Assembly (NCBI GenBank): GCA_053919585.1
Contig: CM132814.1
Direction: 5' to 3' (one strand)
From: Euprymna scolopes
Lineage: Eukaryota
Length of the DNA: 64,000 nt
Shown here: positions 62,839 through 64,000 of the stretch, one piece after another
Layout of the letters: each line of letters begins with the position of its first letter
Numbering within the stretch: position 1 is the first letter of the stretch
The notes under the pieces: generated by a model
What the model was told of the DNA's origin: nothing
The model's input: only the letters and a program-made list of their open reading frames with translations
Database searches by the model: none
Position numbers and translations under genes: made by a program

Positions 62839-63189
62839 AACATTTATTTTCATGATTTCAGCTGACATCTTCAAAGATTGCTATATCTTCATATCTGTGC
62901 TGCCTGAGATGACGCGCCTCCTGCATCTTACAGAGCTCAACTCAACCTTTTGGGTCGTTTGTTCTCTCTGATGTCTAGACTGACTAGAATCTCCCCAGAT
63001 CTACATTTGATTACGTGTTTCAGACCAAAACGTATGTAACTTCAATCTAGTTATTAAATTATGCAACCAATAATCATGTTTACATCTTTTTTTTATTTTC
63101 ACATTTCTTTGTAGCAATAGTAGTATTTCCGCTTTTAATCATTTTCCCGATCTAATTGTTATTTTTCTAATCATAATAATCGATCCCAT

Positions 63190-64000
63190 GAGCCCCTGCG
63201 TTCGAATCTATAATAATAATTCTGATTTCGTTTTTGAACGTCTCTCTGGAAAGGGATCAGATTCATTTCCAGAGGATTTCCCTTAATCCCGGCTTCAAAC
63301 CAGGAGCTTCAAAGATCAAGGATTTTCCTAAGGATGTTGGTGGTATCTATAATTGCAGAGGATGAAGGCCGCCTAAAAAAATCGGGGATTTGTAGTTCTT
63401 TTGTATTGTCCTTCCAGACGACTGGATATTACTCATAGTGTACCAACTACGACCGGGATTATTTCTTAGCCAGATACCCAGCTCTAAGCCATTGCCATGA
63501 TCATTAATTATCCACTTCTGCTATATCCTGGAAGAACCTTCCATGCATTTTCTTCCTAGCCAGTGCCTCTGCCCTTTCTCTATCCATACGTTTCACATAA
63601 TTAGCCTTAGTCTCACATACCTCCACTTCATTGCCCACAACCTAAAGTATTCACTCTCCACTTCTAACCACATGCTCCTTCAACGACATCTCTTCGGTGC
63701 TAACACAATATTTTGCAGTTTTAAATCCTCCCCCACCATCTTGCCTCTTTTGATACAGCTTTGCTACGCTATTGCGAATGTGAATTATACCAAACATTGC
63801 TAAAACCTTTGTTGTTTTGATATTCATGGAATGCAACTCCTGTTCATTATGCCTACACCCTCCAGTACTCCTAAATACTTATATTCTGTATCTTTTATTT
63901 CTTTCATGATGTCTCTATTTGGCAACACTATTCCATTCGAATTAACATTTACTCCTCTTTTCATCACCAGCACCGCACATTTACTAATTCCAAACCCCAT
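63190..64000 (-). mobile_element. Degraded R4/Dong-type LINE fragment, continues beyond window
   Basis: GFGISKCAVLVMK, YKYLGVLE, VAKLYQKRQDGGGG, MHGRFFQD. Confidence 0.75.

Overview
AT-rich animal (probably invertebrate) genomic DNA made almost entirely of decayed transposable elements, (TA)n microsatellites and one satellite. No intact host gene, rRNA, tRNA gene or CRISPR array can be supported. Main contents: (1) a full-length but frameshifted Ty3/Gypsy element (1504-8485, +, TSD TCAG) with an intact -1 gag-pol frameshift signal; (2) several CR1/L2-group LINE copies; (3) a second compact Gypsy (13866-17925, -); (4) mariner-like and Tc1-like remnants; (5) a Penelope-like RT fragment and at least seven minimal hammerhead-ribozyme-like motifs from three families, all near (TA)n arrays or gaps; (6) a three-tier nest at 24.2-37.1 kb, where a hammerhead-bearing inverted repeat is split by an R4/Dong-type LINE (TSD GTATAA), itself split by an LTR element (TSD TATT); (7) a 50-bp (2x25) satellite, two non-autonomous Helitrons and RTE LINEs. 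The most unusual object is that innermost LTR element (26826-33686, -). It has ~1.4-1.5 kb LTRs ending TG...TA, a tRNA PBS, a gag remnant with three zinc knuckles, no pol, and a remnant of a baculovirus-F/errantivirus-type envelope (furin site plus fusion peptide). All family assignments come from motif recognition by eye; no database search was run. Boundaries without a TSD are approximate.
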